The notes: a model not told the origin generated them from the letters alone. A stretch of 57,811 bases of DNA, filler included, from Sphacelaria rigidula (GCA_964200075.2; 3 parts of 3 records of this genome joined end to end with filler, not necessarily neighbours in it); one strand, 5' to 3'. Positions 25,131 through 38,519 are shown, counted from the first letter of the whole stretch. A program made the numbers and translations.

Positions 25131-28077
25131 CTTTTTTATTACCTCTTCTTATTGTTACGACTTAGTCTGCTATGTCGTTCTATTCGTCTCCCCTTTTTTT
25201 CTGTTCCTTCCTTTTCTCAGAGCGTGTTTCAGTTTCGTGTTTCTTGGGTACGTCTATCATTAGACCACGGCTGGACCCCTGGGGAGCTAGTTAAAGTGAG
25301 ACAATCAATCAATCAATCAATAGCTTCATCTCCTCAGGGCCGAAGGTCATGAAGAGCATGGCGCATGTGCTGCGCCGTGTTGACAGGGGGTTCTGATAGG
25401 TCCGCCTCCTACACTGTCTTGAGCAAAGCTTTCCGAACGCTCGAGGCGCTTACCCCACATGACTGTCACGAGGCAGTTTAGCCTTACCTCTAGGGAATCG
25501 GCACACGAATCCGCTTGCGGGGTATATGTTGAGTCAGGTTCCGTCCTCCTTCCAACGAAACTAAATCTGAAAGATACCTCTTTTCAGTGATATATCAGAG
25601 ACTGATGCCACACATGTATGCAGACCCAGCGCAAGCAGGGACAAGGTAGGAACGGTCCGGCAGGACCAGATTACCGAGGACCCTGTAATGCCGACGTAAC
25701 TAGACAACTCGGGGTGATGCAAGGAAGACCCTAATATTAGGACGGTCCAACATCCCCCGAGGAACTGGTCGCCCCTGGCGACCACTTCTCGTCTGATCTA
25801 ACTTCTTGTCTACATATACATTAGGAAATCATCGCCAACCTCGCAGTTCCTTCGGTATCCGCGTGGCAGTCTCCCCCGTAGGTCTCTGACTACTCTAGCG
25901 ATACGCCTTTCTCACACATACATATATATATACACATATATATTTACGAGGTCGCTGTGCGGGAGGTTGGTACGGGCCTCCCGGGGGTGACGCAAGTCGA
26001 AAATACATGGTTGAGAGAAGCTACTGTTGTCTCTCAATGTACAGCAGTGTTCGTGGCTGTGCAAAACATCGTACGTGTTATCGGATGTCGTTTGAAAATA
26101 TGGGATTCCGGACGGAGGCCGACGGCGGAGCCGCTGGCGTAGGACGTGTGCGGTATATCCGAGACGCCAGAGTGCGAAGTAGCTCTCGTGCCACGAAGAC
26201 ATGACAGCGGGACACACTTCCGAAAAAAATGGAATGCGTGGAACATTCTTGGCATGTTCCTTGTACATCACTGTGGCTTCCACATCACCAGGCTTTTTTT
26301 TTAAAACAGGGCGATTGTTTTTTGCGGCAAAACACTCCTGTGCAGCGTGCTGCTGTGGCTTGTTCAACTCGCCAACGGCTCATTGCACGGTCTGGTGTTT
26401 GCTGGTGACTAAGGCCGAGGCAATGTTCAATTGTTTTCAACTGCTTTCCTCTCATGTTCTCGTGACATTGGCGGCATAACCGGTGTGTTCGTGCTCCCAA
26501 TTGAACGAGAACGCGACAAAGAGAAAACCGGGGGAAAAGTACCCCGCCAGAAGTAATCCTGCTGCGTGAAGATTTTCAACAGGATTTTGTGGTTCGGGTT
26601 CCTCTTCAAGTTTTTCATGATCGTGAAAAGGTTTTTATGGTTCGGGATCGACACCCTGCGAAAGAGAGCCAGATTGAGCCACTTTCGGTGGCCAGAACAC
26701 GCGCCACAGGTATCAGATGACGCCCAAACCTGAACAGTAATGTACCGCTGAGCCTTCTTAGTGCGCTGCAAAAGAAAGAGTGGGAAGAAATGCCTTGCCA
26801 GAGAACACTTGTCAAAAGTGGTGAAAAGTGTGAAATGATACATGTACATATGTATACTTCCTCTGTTCCATAAGTGAAGGTCCTTGTGATTACACAGGCC
26901 ATTCATGGTGTCGGACGCCGTAGGCGGTATTTTGTTTTCAATTCTTCGGTGTTTTTTGAGTCGGAACCCGTATGTATATATATATTGGCATCCACCACCC
27001 TGCATGCATGAACGGCCGACACAAAAGCAGTCGGCCCAAGGAAGGCCGTATTTCACCCGTGGAAAAGGGACGAAAAAGGGGCGAAAACACAACTTTTTTT
27101 TTGTCAATTGTCCTCGCCGTCACTAGGGCTTGATGCTAGATTGTCCCAGGCCTCTGTAAAGACCCCCGGATTATATTTCACCATCATTTCGAACGTTCCT
27201 GCCTTCTGCCGCGCCGACACCCAGGTATGCTCCGTGCCAAAGTCATTATCGCCCATCGACATGAAAAAAACTTGCAAAAACCCGCAAAATATCTCACTTT
27301 TTGACCCAATAATTCTCAGTAAGTCCGAGTCGGATTTTTTTGTTTTTTGTGAGCATCACGGTATCAATAGCTTTCCAACAAACGTAAGTTTGGTATTGTA
27401 GGCAACTCCATTAACGAGATATGATCTGCCCCCCATAAGGACCTTTACTTATGCGACAGAGGAATTATAATCGTCATTTCGTTGCTTTCAAGGAAGTTAG
27501 ACATATCTTCGCTTCCCCCGTATTTCCCAATATTATCATTCATTTAGCTTGCTTTTCGGATCCTTGCATTAAAATTTCTCACTAATATGAACTCTTCTCG
27601 CCCTGGTGAACGACGGGAGAGGGGCAGCAGCTGTCGTCCAAGAAGGAAAAATTGAGCACAATAGTGCAGCACACAGTGCATTCGATCGAGCAACATACTC
27701 GATTTTTTCAATAGCATCCGAGTCCGGGTACCAAAAACAGTGATCGGGCGCAGGGCGTTTGCTCAGATAGCAGACAAGGCAGCGTTGCAAAAAATATGTG
27801 GGAGCTCTGGAGCGCTGACAGGATACCTTTGGTAAACGTTTAGCTCTATGTAGAGCACTGAGGCGGCAGAATGGCAAAATTGCTGTGGAAATGCTGTAGA
27901 TTCCCCGACTAATGCTGTAAGGAGGGGAAAGAAATCATTTGCAATATAGCTATACTCCCTGCGTTTCGAGTCCCTAGTCCACGGGGAAAGACTCGCACAA
28001 TCTGGACAATGACAATAGGTTACATTTGCATGGAGCGTAGTGCGTACAGTATCGAAGGTTGCGTCTAATGCAGTATA

Positions 28078-28688
28078 CTTACTCTGTCTCATAAGTTAGG
28101 GTACCCATGGGCAATACGTTGTTTGGGTACAACCGTGTCATAATAGTGAGGATAGTATAGTCGGGTTCGTTAGAAAGATGAAACGAAGACGAAGCTATAG
28201 AAAAAAAATGGGGTTCTATTCCTTTACCTATAATCGGTTAAAATATGCCCTATCTTGGCCTATTGTGAGAATATATTTTTAAGAATCATATTTTCGAGTG
28301 TTTTTGAGAATTCTCGAAAAATTCTCAAAAGTGTCCAAATTTAGTACCCTACCTGCCCACTACACCATTCTAGCAATGGACTCGCCCCCCAGCACACCCC
28401 CACCTCGCAATCGGGGCGTCGAGATATCGGTTGGTGGCCGCTACGCAATAGCGGTGGAGATTACGATGGTCCCATGTAGTCCCGTGGGACAGGCGTGAAA
28501 TACGACCATTTTCAGGCCAGGTGATTTTTTCGGCCATTCGGCCGCGTGGTTCAAGCACCGGCTGAAGAAAAAAACACGCTTTTCACTCGAGAAACACCAC
28601 AGATTCCAGCGAAAAAATCGAGAAACAGATTGGACACGGTTGAGGACCCGTACAAATTTAGATACCCTAACTTATGAGACAGACGAAG
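28078..28688. mobile_element. Stowaway/Tc1-mariner-like MITE
   Basis: TA|CTTACTCTGTCTCATAAGTTAGGGTA ... TACCCTAACTTATGAGACAGACGAAG|TA: ~26-bp TIR and a TA duplication. Confidence 0.85.
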
Positions 28689-28916
28689 TACAGTATATGC
28701 GATACTGCCCGCAGTTCACTTTTCGGCGATGTTGCCTATTGTCCAGGTTGTGAAGCCTTGACTGTACGGACTGCGTGAACTTTTCATCGGTCTTGATTGA
28801 TACACGAAGATGAACAATACAGTGTTATCACTCGTCAATAGTCTCCTCGCCCCCTACCCTCCGCCCCCCGCCCCCGTGCCGCTCTCCAAACGTACGGCCT
28901 TTCCAACGTTCCATAG

Positions 28917-29045
28917 GTGGAGGTACGACGTGTGCTGGAAGAGGTCATGAAGGGAATTCACCGACATGGAGAAGTGGAGGTCAGGCTCGATGACTCCAAC
29001 ACCCTTGGTCTCCGAGTGTTCTGGCCTCCCCGGGGTATTCCAGAG
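28917..29045 (+). CDS. NPRL2: NPRL2 exon B: VEVRRVLEEVMKGIHRHGEVEVRLDDSNTLGLRVFWPPRGIPE
   Basis: ccatag|GTG, 129 nt. LDDSNTLGLRV matches NPRL2 IDESNTIHLKV. Ends at a probable GC donor, GAG|gcgagt. Confidence 0.88.
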
Positions 29046-29127
29046 GCGAGTATGTAGAAGCGTATCCTGTACGTGCTTCTGTGGTATGGTTAGCACCAGG
29101 ACCGATTACGTGCTTTGAATGCATACT

Positions 29128-29490
29128 GTTGTGTGTGTTGTCAACGCATCTATTCTGATCGCCAGGGTACACCTTTCGGTATATGTGGGCGCATTAGCCG
29201 GGGTCACACAGGAGGAAGGCCAACACAGGAGTCTTTTTCTTTCTTGTGTTTTGCCCCTTCACCTTCCTTCTGCGGTGCTTGCCCTCTTTCTATCGCGAGA
29301 GGGGTCCAGCATTCTCTTTTCCTCGTCGACGGTAAAGTCGCTTTTTGTGTACCCGCGACATAATCGCTCTCCACCGTTGAGCGTCGTGTGAGAAAAAGTC
29401 CCAGATCGTATGACTGCACCGAGATTCTAACCCACGACCCGACAATCGCAAGAATTCGAGGCTACCAACGGAGCCACCGGGGCGACCGGC
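29128..29490 (-). mobile_element. tRNA-derived SINE
   Basis: Head GCCGGTCGCCCCGGTGGCTCCGTTGG (A box) and GGTTAGAATCTC (B box-like), with a CA-rich tail. A second copy is at 39894-40248. Confidence 0.85.
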
Positions 29491-31109
29491 AGGCGTTTGT
29501 GCTCACAGGTATCACCAAGATATTTCAATGTGTCTTTTTTATTATCTCGGGTAAATACTCGAAACGAGAGAAAGAAGTGCCCATTGCGCTTTTGGCACAA
29601 ACTGCAGTCTTTTTGTTGGTACTCGAGAGCAGAGTGCTCAATTTCCTGTGCGCGAAGGTGGCTCATGTCGCTGCCATCCTAGATTACGGAGGATACCACC
29701 CGCCGAGGTGTTGAAAGGCGGCGATGTGAATCACGCCGAAAGTTAGGTTGTCCGCGAAAAATAGTGAGATCTGTCCATACACAGGATCGTGTCTTAGGTC
29801 GAGGGTTTCCCGGTAAAAAATGTCATGATTGAAGTCTGTATCACCGGGGGGGGTGTTATTCCCCGTTTTGTAGGGTACCCGCTGCTTTCGACTCCAACTA
29901 TGTTGTATCGATGTATCATTCCCCTATTTTCGAGTGTTTTGTTCCCTGTTTGAACCAATGACCCACATTCACCTATCATTTCTCGAGCGTACTTGTTGGA
30001 CTAGAGTTTTGCCTAGGACATGACCGATGTTCGATACCCAGATGCTGTGGAACTTGTTCCTTGTCAAGCAGCTGTTTTAGATTTGCACGGAGTAACGCTC
30101 TTGGTTCGGACGCGCACAGATAGCTGTACAGTACATACTTTGAATTAGTGATGTGGTTCAATTGTAGAGCTCTGTACCCCTTCTGAGGCCTGGACGGGTG
30201 AACGGCCATGAATTTTCTCGTGTGCTTGGATGTACCATTGAGAACAAAAGATGCGTTGCTGTGGATGCGGGAAATGTACCCATTTTGAGTTCCTCGGGCT
30301 GGGGTTGTACACGCGAAATACTTGGAGGATTGCAAATAAAATAAGTCGGTTCTCTAATTGATTGGTTGCTGGATGGGTTGTTGGTTGATTGTTCAATGTC
30401 GTGATTTTGGACCTGTTTTTTTGGGGAGGCGGGGAAGAGACGCAATTAATACAAGTCGGTCTATACATCTCCATTGGATACGCTAGCGCTGACTGGAGTC
30501 GGGCTCTGGTGCTCGCTTGACCTTTCAACATTGTTTCGTCTACATGAGTACTAAAAAAACTAACCAGCCCGACGTCCCAGCATCCCAGTGCTGTACCTCC
30601 TCCAGTGTACCCCTTCCAGGCCATCGAAGTTGCCCATCTATCTAGACACGAGTGACGAAATATTTTCTGACTCATGTGTGGCGTACCTTCTTTATACAGT
30701 GGGGTCTGCGTTTCAAGATGGCACAAATGAAGAGAAGTATCCGAAATCGCTTGTCACACATAACTCTCCGAAATCGAACCCCCGTTTTCTCTTGAATCGT
30801 ACCTTCACCAAAAACCGCTTTTCTAGAGGAACGGAAACCTTACAACACGCACTGTTCGGGACTCACTCTGTACGGTGGTGGGGGCTCTCTAAAAACCATA
30901 CAAGCGTTTTAAGATGGGCATTATAAAAAAAAAAAGGAATATCATTTCAAGTAAACACGTCTCTCTGAAAAGGATTTAACAGAAGGTCGGGTTTAAGAGA
31001 GGTTTTCTTGACATGTCACACCTCTCTATGAAATTGTGTCCCCCACTGTGTACATATACATTTATATTCTCTGACATTTTTATATTTTTCCACGATTTGG
31101 ACGAGGCAG

Positions 31110-31253
31110 GTGCACGATTCCGACGTGCCCGTTAGGAGAGTAGCTATTGGATGGGGGGACAACTCGAACAGCGATGAACAAGCACAGGCAGCGCAAGACT
31201 GGGAACTGCCTTCCTGGGGAGACGAGAGTCGGTTCGACCTTGCCCTCGTTCAG
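31110..31253 (+). CDS. NPRL2: NPRL2 exon C: VHDSDVPVRRVAIGWGDNSNSDEQAQAAQDWELPSWGDESRFDLALVQ
   Basis: ggcag|GTG...CAG|gtatgg, 144 nt, phase 0. DVPV and FDLALVQ match NPRL2 YDVPV and WDLTTQQ. Confidence 0.88.
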
Positions 31254-31692
31254 GTATGGTGAAGATCCATCCCCATAGTGCAGTCCCTTAGCGTGTGCGG
31301 TGCCGCCGCACATAATCGGTTAATTTGATTGGTTGATTTGTTTGTCGCACCGTAACCGACCCCCGAGGGATCCAGCAGTGGTCACATGATGGACGCACCC
31401 GAGACCAAATGAGACACTCGCTGAAGAAAAATAAGAAAAACGAGAAGGTAAAACAGAACAACAGAGTGCACGGAGAAAAGAAAAAAAAACGAAAGGACAA
31501 TAGAATAATAAGAAAAAAAAATTGGTGCGCTGAAAATTGCTCGTCACACGTTCGAAGCAACCGTAGCTTCTGTAGGAGTAGTCGTGCTGTAGTACATACA
31601 TGGGCATAGCGTAAATGATGGTGTATGCAACGCCTAGGAAAAGAATGTTTTTGAACCCGAAAGAACTATCACCTGCGAGTGTTTTCTCGGGG

Positions 31693-32560
31693 GGCTTGCC
31701 CATTTGTTGCTTACCTTGGTCGTTTGACCATTGACTAAGCATTCGGTTCCAGACGGAGCACCGTTCCTACTTCTAATAGAGACACCTCCAACATTGAGGT
31801 GCTCATTTCGTTTCTTTGATACATTACACAAAAGCCTTTTACATATCTTACCCCCATCCTGTTTCGCCGTCTGTGGTCACCATCTATCTCCTAGTATAAC
31901 CATCGTTTTCTCCCTATTGTCTAAGCATCAAACGATCTCATGCCACCTTCGTTTACGTCCCGCATTTCCCGCTCTAGCACGTCCCGTTCTTCCTTGTATA
32001 GTTCACATTCTGCCACTAGATGACTTCTGCTCTCTATTGCTTTGCTACAGCGGCAATTTTGTGCATCTATTTTCTCCTTCACTCGACTACTGGTACATCT
32101 CTTTCTTCTTCCTGGCATGTCCAGGTCCCCCACCCGAAATCGCAATTTCACATTTTTCGCCGCGTCTGTTGGGCCATGCAGATATGTTTTCATCCTGATC
32201 CCCTCTCTCAACCCCCCGTGGTGTTTCGGGGGGTGAGGTGGGGCGTGCTCATTGCTTGGTTGCCTCCAGTCACTTGGCCAGAGGCCACGCATCCCTTTTC
32301 ATACGGAGCATCAATCGTACTCCTAACAGAGACACTTCCCGACATATTGCCGCTCATTACATTGTCCCCATGATTTACATTTAACCCTGTTACCCGTCCT
32401 ATCCTGTCCCCGTTTCGCCGTCTGTGGCCACCGTCTGTCTCCTAGCGTGATGATAGTTTTCTCGCTATAGTACCATGCAGTGTACCGAGCGATTTTATGC
32501 TAAGTTCGTTTGAATTTTTCCCATCTCCTCTTCGAACACGCCCCGTTCCTCGTTGTATAC
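31693..32560 (-). mobile_element. Two 5'-truncated LINE family A copies (31693-32195 and ~32240-32560)
   Basis: KTYLHGPTDAAKNVKLRFRVGDLD...CRCSKAIESRSHLVAECELYKEER (C-x-C...H...C zinc knuckle) plus the shared 3' end. Confidence 0.88.
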
Positions 32561-32640
32561 TTCTCAGGGAAGGGGGTTGGCGGAAGGCGGGGTGATTCAC
32601 TTGTCATTTCTCTCGTACAGTACCTAACCCTTATCCTGTA

Positions 32641-35600
32641 CAGGCTGGTTCACGCTTATCGCCCAAAATTGTGTCATCAGAAAATGCATTTCGCAATACC
32701 TACCCAAAAGTCGCATACATGCTATCATACTGACCGCCATGGACAGCTGAAGAGCGTGACATGGCCGGATTTGTGTGTAAGGCTGTAGCGATGGCGCTAA
32801 GGGCGAAAAGGTATATCGACCAATCAGCGCCCATCAAATTGTTCCGAGATTGAAATTACGAATTCCAAGCCCAAATTTCCAAGGTTGTGTTCTGTAAGAT
32901 ACGGGTACGTTCTGTAGGGTATGATATTCCTTACAGAACTATAGAACTGTCGGGTACCGGTATGAAAGTCTTACAGAAAACACAGAACTTGGTACCGGCA
33001 ATCGGGTAACTCTTTCATGACTTTCCCGCCCCTCGGGTTAGGGTAAAGGTTTTGTACAGAACTCACAGAACTATCAGGTAAGGGTTTAGGAGGCTTACAG
33101 AACTCACAGAAACTGTCGGGTACGGTATGGAGGTTGCACGGAACACCGTACCCGCGACCGGGTATCTTATCAAGAGCATACCCGTGCCCCCCGGTAACGA
33201 TACGAGAGGCTTACAGAACTCACAGAACTATCGGGTACGGGTATGAAGGTTTTACCGAGTTTACAGAACTGTCGGTTACCGGTATGGAAGTCTTGCAAAG
33301 TTTACAGAACTGTCGGGTACGGTAAATACCCGGCAAAATACTCCGGGTATTCAGAAAACCGTACCCTGCAGAACACGACCTTGGTATTATCATCACCCCT
33401 GTGGTGAAACTTCCGTCATCACAACAGTGGCGAAATACAGATGGTGACAGTTCACGAAAACTCTGAACGGCTTTCACGGGGTTGACGAAGAAAGACTACA
33501 CGAACAATCGCAGTAGTACATGGATTGTCAACATCTATCGGTTTCACGTGCACTCCCAGAGAGTACATGAAGTGGCACTCACGGCTGCCCGTTATCTGGA
33601 AGCCCTTCGGCACGCGACAAAATCGCCGACGGCCTTGACGACTTTCGGTGGCAGCTCATATACTCTGTGCTGTGCATGTCGATAACGGCCTGGGGTTCGA
33701 TGACCACGACACAACCACCATCAACGTCGATGACATGTGTCTTGCTACTTGATCCTCTGGTGGCGCAGATTAACCCCCCCCGCTTGAGCCACCACTCGCG
33801 AGTCTGGGGGTGATTGATCCTGACGGTCTGCAGGGTTGATCATGAGTCGTGTTCCCACTCAGCGGTACCTCGTATCCCGTCAGATCCCAGACTGAAGAAC
33901 TTTTCAACATTGAAGTAATTATTGCTTGTATGCAGTGTTGAATGAAGGAGTTGGGTGGGCTGATCGATGGGAGGTACATGTTCAGGTCATGAGTTTATGT
34001 TTGTATTGAACCTATATCCGTGCCTCCTCAAGGTATATAACTGCGCTCATACCTGCAATCGGGTATATCTATAGCGGTATACCCTAACCCCGGGTAGGGG
34101 TATCGGGGGCTTACAGAGGTCACGGAACTGTCGGGTACCGGTACTGGATGAAAGTCTTACAGAAATTACAGAACTTGTCGGGTACGGTATAGGAGGCTTA
34201 CAGAAAACCGGTACCGGCAAGCGGGTATTTCTTGAAGAGCATACCCACGCTCCGGGTACGGGTAAACATTCTGTACAGAACTCAAGGAACTGTCGGGTAA
34301 GGGTATAGGAGGCTCACAGAACTCACAGAAACTGTCGAGTAGGGTATGGAGGTTGCACAGAAAACCGTACCCGCAACCAGGTATCTTATCAAAAGCGTAC
34401 CCGTACTCCCCTGTAATGGTACGGGAGTCTTACAGATATTACAGAACTATCGGGTAAGGGTATGAAAGTCTTACAGAGATTATAGAACTATCGGGTAAGG
34501 GTATGAAAGTCTTACAGAAGTCACAAAACTGTCGGGTTCGTTAAATACCCGGCACAATACCCCAGGTATACAGAAAACGGTACCCTACAGAACACAACGT
34601 TGCAATTTTCACCTAATCTACACATGCTTTAAGTTGTAGTAACCGTCATCGGCTCGGGAATTTGACGAAAAAAAAACATTTGAAAGCGGTTACTACGAGG
34701 GTCGAATAGTACCCGATACCGTAATGTTTCGGTGATGTCGGGTGTTGGCGTCGTCAAATTTCCACTAATGACACGCACGAAAGACCCAGGGAGACTCGTG
34801 ACGGTGTCCCCTATCTCTGTTGTAGAAAAGCTCAGATCGCCCTCAAACTTGGCTGTTCCGTAGATATTGATGTTCCAAGTGAATAAAATTGTATTTTGAT
34901 GACATTTCGAAGTTTCTCCGTTCTCTACCCGCTTCCGGGGGTCCCGGTATGAAGACCTCCGGAAGGCGGTACGGAATGCCCCAAAAGAAAGATAATAGAA
35001 TGATGCGTTCCGGGATAATCCAAGGAACACATGTACAACGTTTGGTCGAGAAACTCGAAAACCTCACACGGTTTTTGTTGCCTGGACGTGAAATTCACCC
35101 AAAAATACGTTTCCATTCTAAAACCAAGTAGTTAGGAGTTGCACATTCCAAGCTCACGTCCTTCTCAAACGCGCAAAAACTTCATGCTGTTATTAGGTGT
35201 CAGGCCCCGAAACTTTGCAAAAATATGCTACGTGTCATTACGCAACTTCCGATGGACGAGGTTTGTTTACTTCTTGAGTTTTTTCCCGTTTTTCGAGGTC
35301 CGACGGGATCCAAGTCGTTTTTCGAATCAGTCTCCCTTCTGGGACCCCGGAAAACAGGCACTACGATATTTTCTCATTTTTTCGCAAACCGATTTAACGC
35401 CGCATAACTCAAGGAAGAGCTCCGCAAACTTCCGTGGCCAAGCTCGGCCAACTGATGCTTGAATTTTCATGTTCACGGCAAGAAGGCCAAAACGCCGTTT
35501 TGGTACTAAAATCAAGTGGTTCGCGGTTTATCGCGGCACTGCAAAGTTCATCGCACAAGAACAAAAAACCACACGCCGTTTTAAGGAGTTAGACCCTGAA

Positions 35601-35887
35601 ATTTTGCACAACTGTGCTATGGGTCATTACGCAACTTTGCATGGACGAGGTTTCTCATTTCCGTTTTTTGACCGTTTTACGGGGTCCGATTGGATCGACG
35701 TTTCCCTGAAAGAACTGGAACCCCCCAAAAATGGTGAAAAAAATCAAGAAGTAGAAGAAAAAAATCGACCTTCGAAAGTTGTGCAAAGGCCCATAGAATA
35801 TCTGTGCAAACTTTCAGGTCTAACTCCTTAAAACGCATGAGGTTTTGGCGATGAGTGTTTCTTGGGTGATGAGCGTGAACCAGTCTG
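32641..35887. mobile_element. ~1.5-kb non-autonomous TIR element (Tc1/mariner-like), copy 1, carrying a nested hAT-like insertion
   Basis: TA|CAGGCTGGTTCACGCTTATCGCCC ... GGGTGATGAGCGTGAACCAGTCTG. Collinear with the uninterrupted copy at 53665-55189. Confidence 0.88.
32880..34602. mobile_element. Composite hAT-like element with minisatellite arms and a ~700-bp unique core
   Basis: TIR CAAGGTTGTGTTCTGTA / TACAGAACACAACGTTG. 8-bp TSD caaatttc/caattttc. Arms consist of ~40-bp 'cagaactgtcgggta.gggtatgaaagtcttacagaa' units. An extra internal right TIR lies at 33370-33384. Confidence 0.85.
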
Positions 35888-36441
35888 TCAAGGGGTGGAT
35901 GTACTACGCGATCCAGCGCAATACGGGGGTATGCCACCGTTCTCTGAAGCGCGGGGTCGCCAAAAATTGTGCAGTTGAAGTCGAATCTAGACATAGTTCA
36001 CATCTGCCAACGTGCAGGGCCGTTAGGTTGGTTTTGCAATCTTGCGGTTCTACACTTGCGGGTAAAATTCACATTTCTTCACCGGATGGGGCTGTTGGTA
36101 GTGCGCGCTGTACGTTGCCCCTCCTGGAACTCGTATCCACAAAGTAGCATAATCAGCTGCAACTGATTCCGAGATTGAGACCAACCCGGAAAGCGGCGAG
36201 AGTTTTTTTTTTCCAGATTCCTTTTTGTACTTTCAAGTGCAAGCCCCCATCCCCTCCTCAAGACGTGTACAAGGTCGATCAAATGATTCCGACGTTGGTG
36301 CATTTTACATGTACTTCATTTTGGGGCATCGGGTCGATACGCCAGCAGTCCGTCAGATTTTATCAAGAAAAAATTACGGTAAGTGTGAAAAATCTAACTC
36401 TTCTAACTTGAACGTCGTTTTATTTCTCATTTTTATCGCAG

Positions 36442-36498
36442 GTGATGCCTCACATTGACGGAGTGAAGTACGTGAAGCTCATCTCCGTACACGCCGAG
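36442..36498 (+). CDS. NPRL2: NPRL2 exon D: VMPHIDGVKYVKLISVHAE
   Basis: ttttatcgcag|GTG...GAG|gtatgt, 57 nt, phase 0. Matches NPRL2 ILPYIDGFRHIQKISAEAD. No downstream exon was found before the contig end. Confidence 0.92.
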
Positions 36499-36846
36499 GT
36501 ATGTTGGTCATACTCCACTGATGCAGTTTGCTGAGGTGTTTTTGTGTCGTACTGCACTTCTGCGGTAGACGCGGTGCCCCTTAGACACATAAAGGTGTAC
36601 CTCCTTGACTTGCAACTCCAGCGGTGTTCTCTGCGTTTGGCTCCGGTTTGGTTTCATGACCTGCTCTTCTTTCCACCACTCCTTTCCTTTCTCTTCATTT
36701 GTTTTTGTTTCTTCTTTCTGCTTCTATTTGTTTTTTGTTCATTTCCTTTTGTTCTCTTTATTCCTTCTCTTTTCGTAAAGATCCCGCTCGTGGGTGAAAC
36801 GGTTCCCCCTCCGATGGCGAAAAATAGTAGTCATTTGGAGTTCCAT

Positions 36847-37555
36847 GTACGCATGTCAATGCCAACGCTTGTAAGTCAGATTTTTACCCGACAAATACCT
36901 GTGTAGTGAGCCATCCATTTTTTTTTGTCCGCTGTCAGGAGAGTGCACTGCCAGGGTGTCATTCTAGACGATGACCTTCGCGCCACTTTTGTACAAGAAA
37001 TAGGATCTTTAACTTGAAAAAACTGAAAAGCATTGGCCGAGGTATTTTACTCCCTGCCCCAAAATGGGCAAATTACCAACAACAGCGTCGGTTAGAGCGA
37101 CCCTGAATCCTTTTTTGCAAATTCACTCATGAGGTTTCGCGGTTACTTTGCAGCAGGCGAGGATCGTGACGATAAAACGCGCACTCATTTTGCGCAGCCC
37201 TATTCATTACGTACGCATGTCAATGCCAACGCTTGAAAATCAGTTTTACCCGATAAATACCTGTGTAGTGAGCCATCCATTTTTTGTTGTTCGCTATCGG
37301 GAGAGTGTAGTGCCAGGGTGTCACTCTAGACGATGACCTTTGCGCCATTTTGGTACAAGAAATAGGATCTTCAACTTGAAAAAAATGAAGAGCATTGGCC
37401 GAGGGATTTTACTCCCTGCCCCAAAATGTGCAAATTACCAAAAATAGCGCCGGTTAGAACGGCCCTAAATCCCTTTTTGCAGTTTCACTCATGAGGTTTC
37501 GCGGTTACTTTGCAGCAGGCGAGGATCGTGACGATAAAAGGCGCACTCATTTTGA
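36847..37555. repeat. Tandem duplication of a ~360-bp unit
   Basis: Two highly similar units run from gtacgcatgtcaatgccaacgcttg to gcgcactcattttg. Confidence 0.92.
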
Positions 37556-38519
37556 GCGCTCCTCTTCGTAAACCAACACATGATCACTGCTACGCAACAC
37601 GGTCGGATTCACGCTGCGTTCCCTCTGCCTAGACGGAACCGGACGTCTTCACCGTTGCTTGTTTCGTTAGGCACGAGAGCTTCGAACGATCAATCCAAGA
37701 AGCGTAAATATTGCCGTTGGGTGACCGTCTGAGGCCGCGGATGTAGAACTCTCCGGTATCCTCCACGTATAGTCACTATCCAGTTGCTTTGGGAATCTGG
37801 ATCACCTAGTGAAGTGTTGTTATTGCTTGACTTGTCCAGGTGTAGCTCTTGGTGTACATAGTAGACATCAGTCTTCAGGACGCAATCTAGATGCAATATT
37901 TACGACCACGTGGGGTTGGTTCCTATGGGCTCTAGTTGTTAAAGCATACTGATTTCGCTTCTGCCTTTTGTGTGAGGAGGAAGCGAGTGCGTTACCCCTG
38001 TTGGCAGGCCGCTTTGCTTGTTTTTGTTCCACAACTGCGTCAGGGTAGTTTCTGCATCAATTAACTTTTTCACACGTCGGACAGCTCTTGAGCTACCTAC
38101 AGTAAATATTACTTCATGATAGTGTACCGATCCGGATCATGAGCTAGCTCATTTGATCCCCTTTTCCATATTTGCTCCCTACAGCACTGGGACGTCGAGC
38201 ACGCGGAGTAGTATATCGCCAAGGCAGTGCTCTGGCTTCTCGGACTCGGGCGTCACGTGTTTTGTGTTCGTGGAGCAGAGATGTGAGGGTCCTCTTCGAT
38301 TTTGGGTACTTTAGTTTGGCTCAAGAGCTGTCCGACGTATGAAGTTGTTTTCGGTGCTTTCCATTCATCCCACGAAACGTGTGGGCGTGACCTCATCGTC
38401 GTAGAAATTTCCTGTCGCGCGCAGTTCAGTGTTCCTGCCAGACCGACGAGAGTAACGAGAAAAGCGTTTTCTCGTGCCGGTTGAATATACACCAGCGCAC
38501 AGACCTTTTCACCCTGATC

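Noticed and set aside
25378-25916. Possible solo LTR (TG...CA bounded)
   Set aside because: There is no target-site duplication and no second copy in the window.
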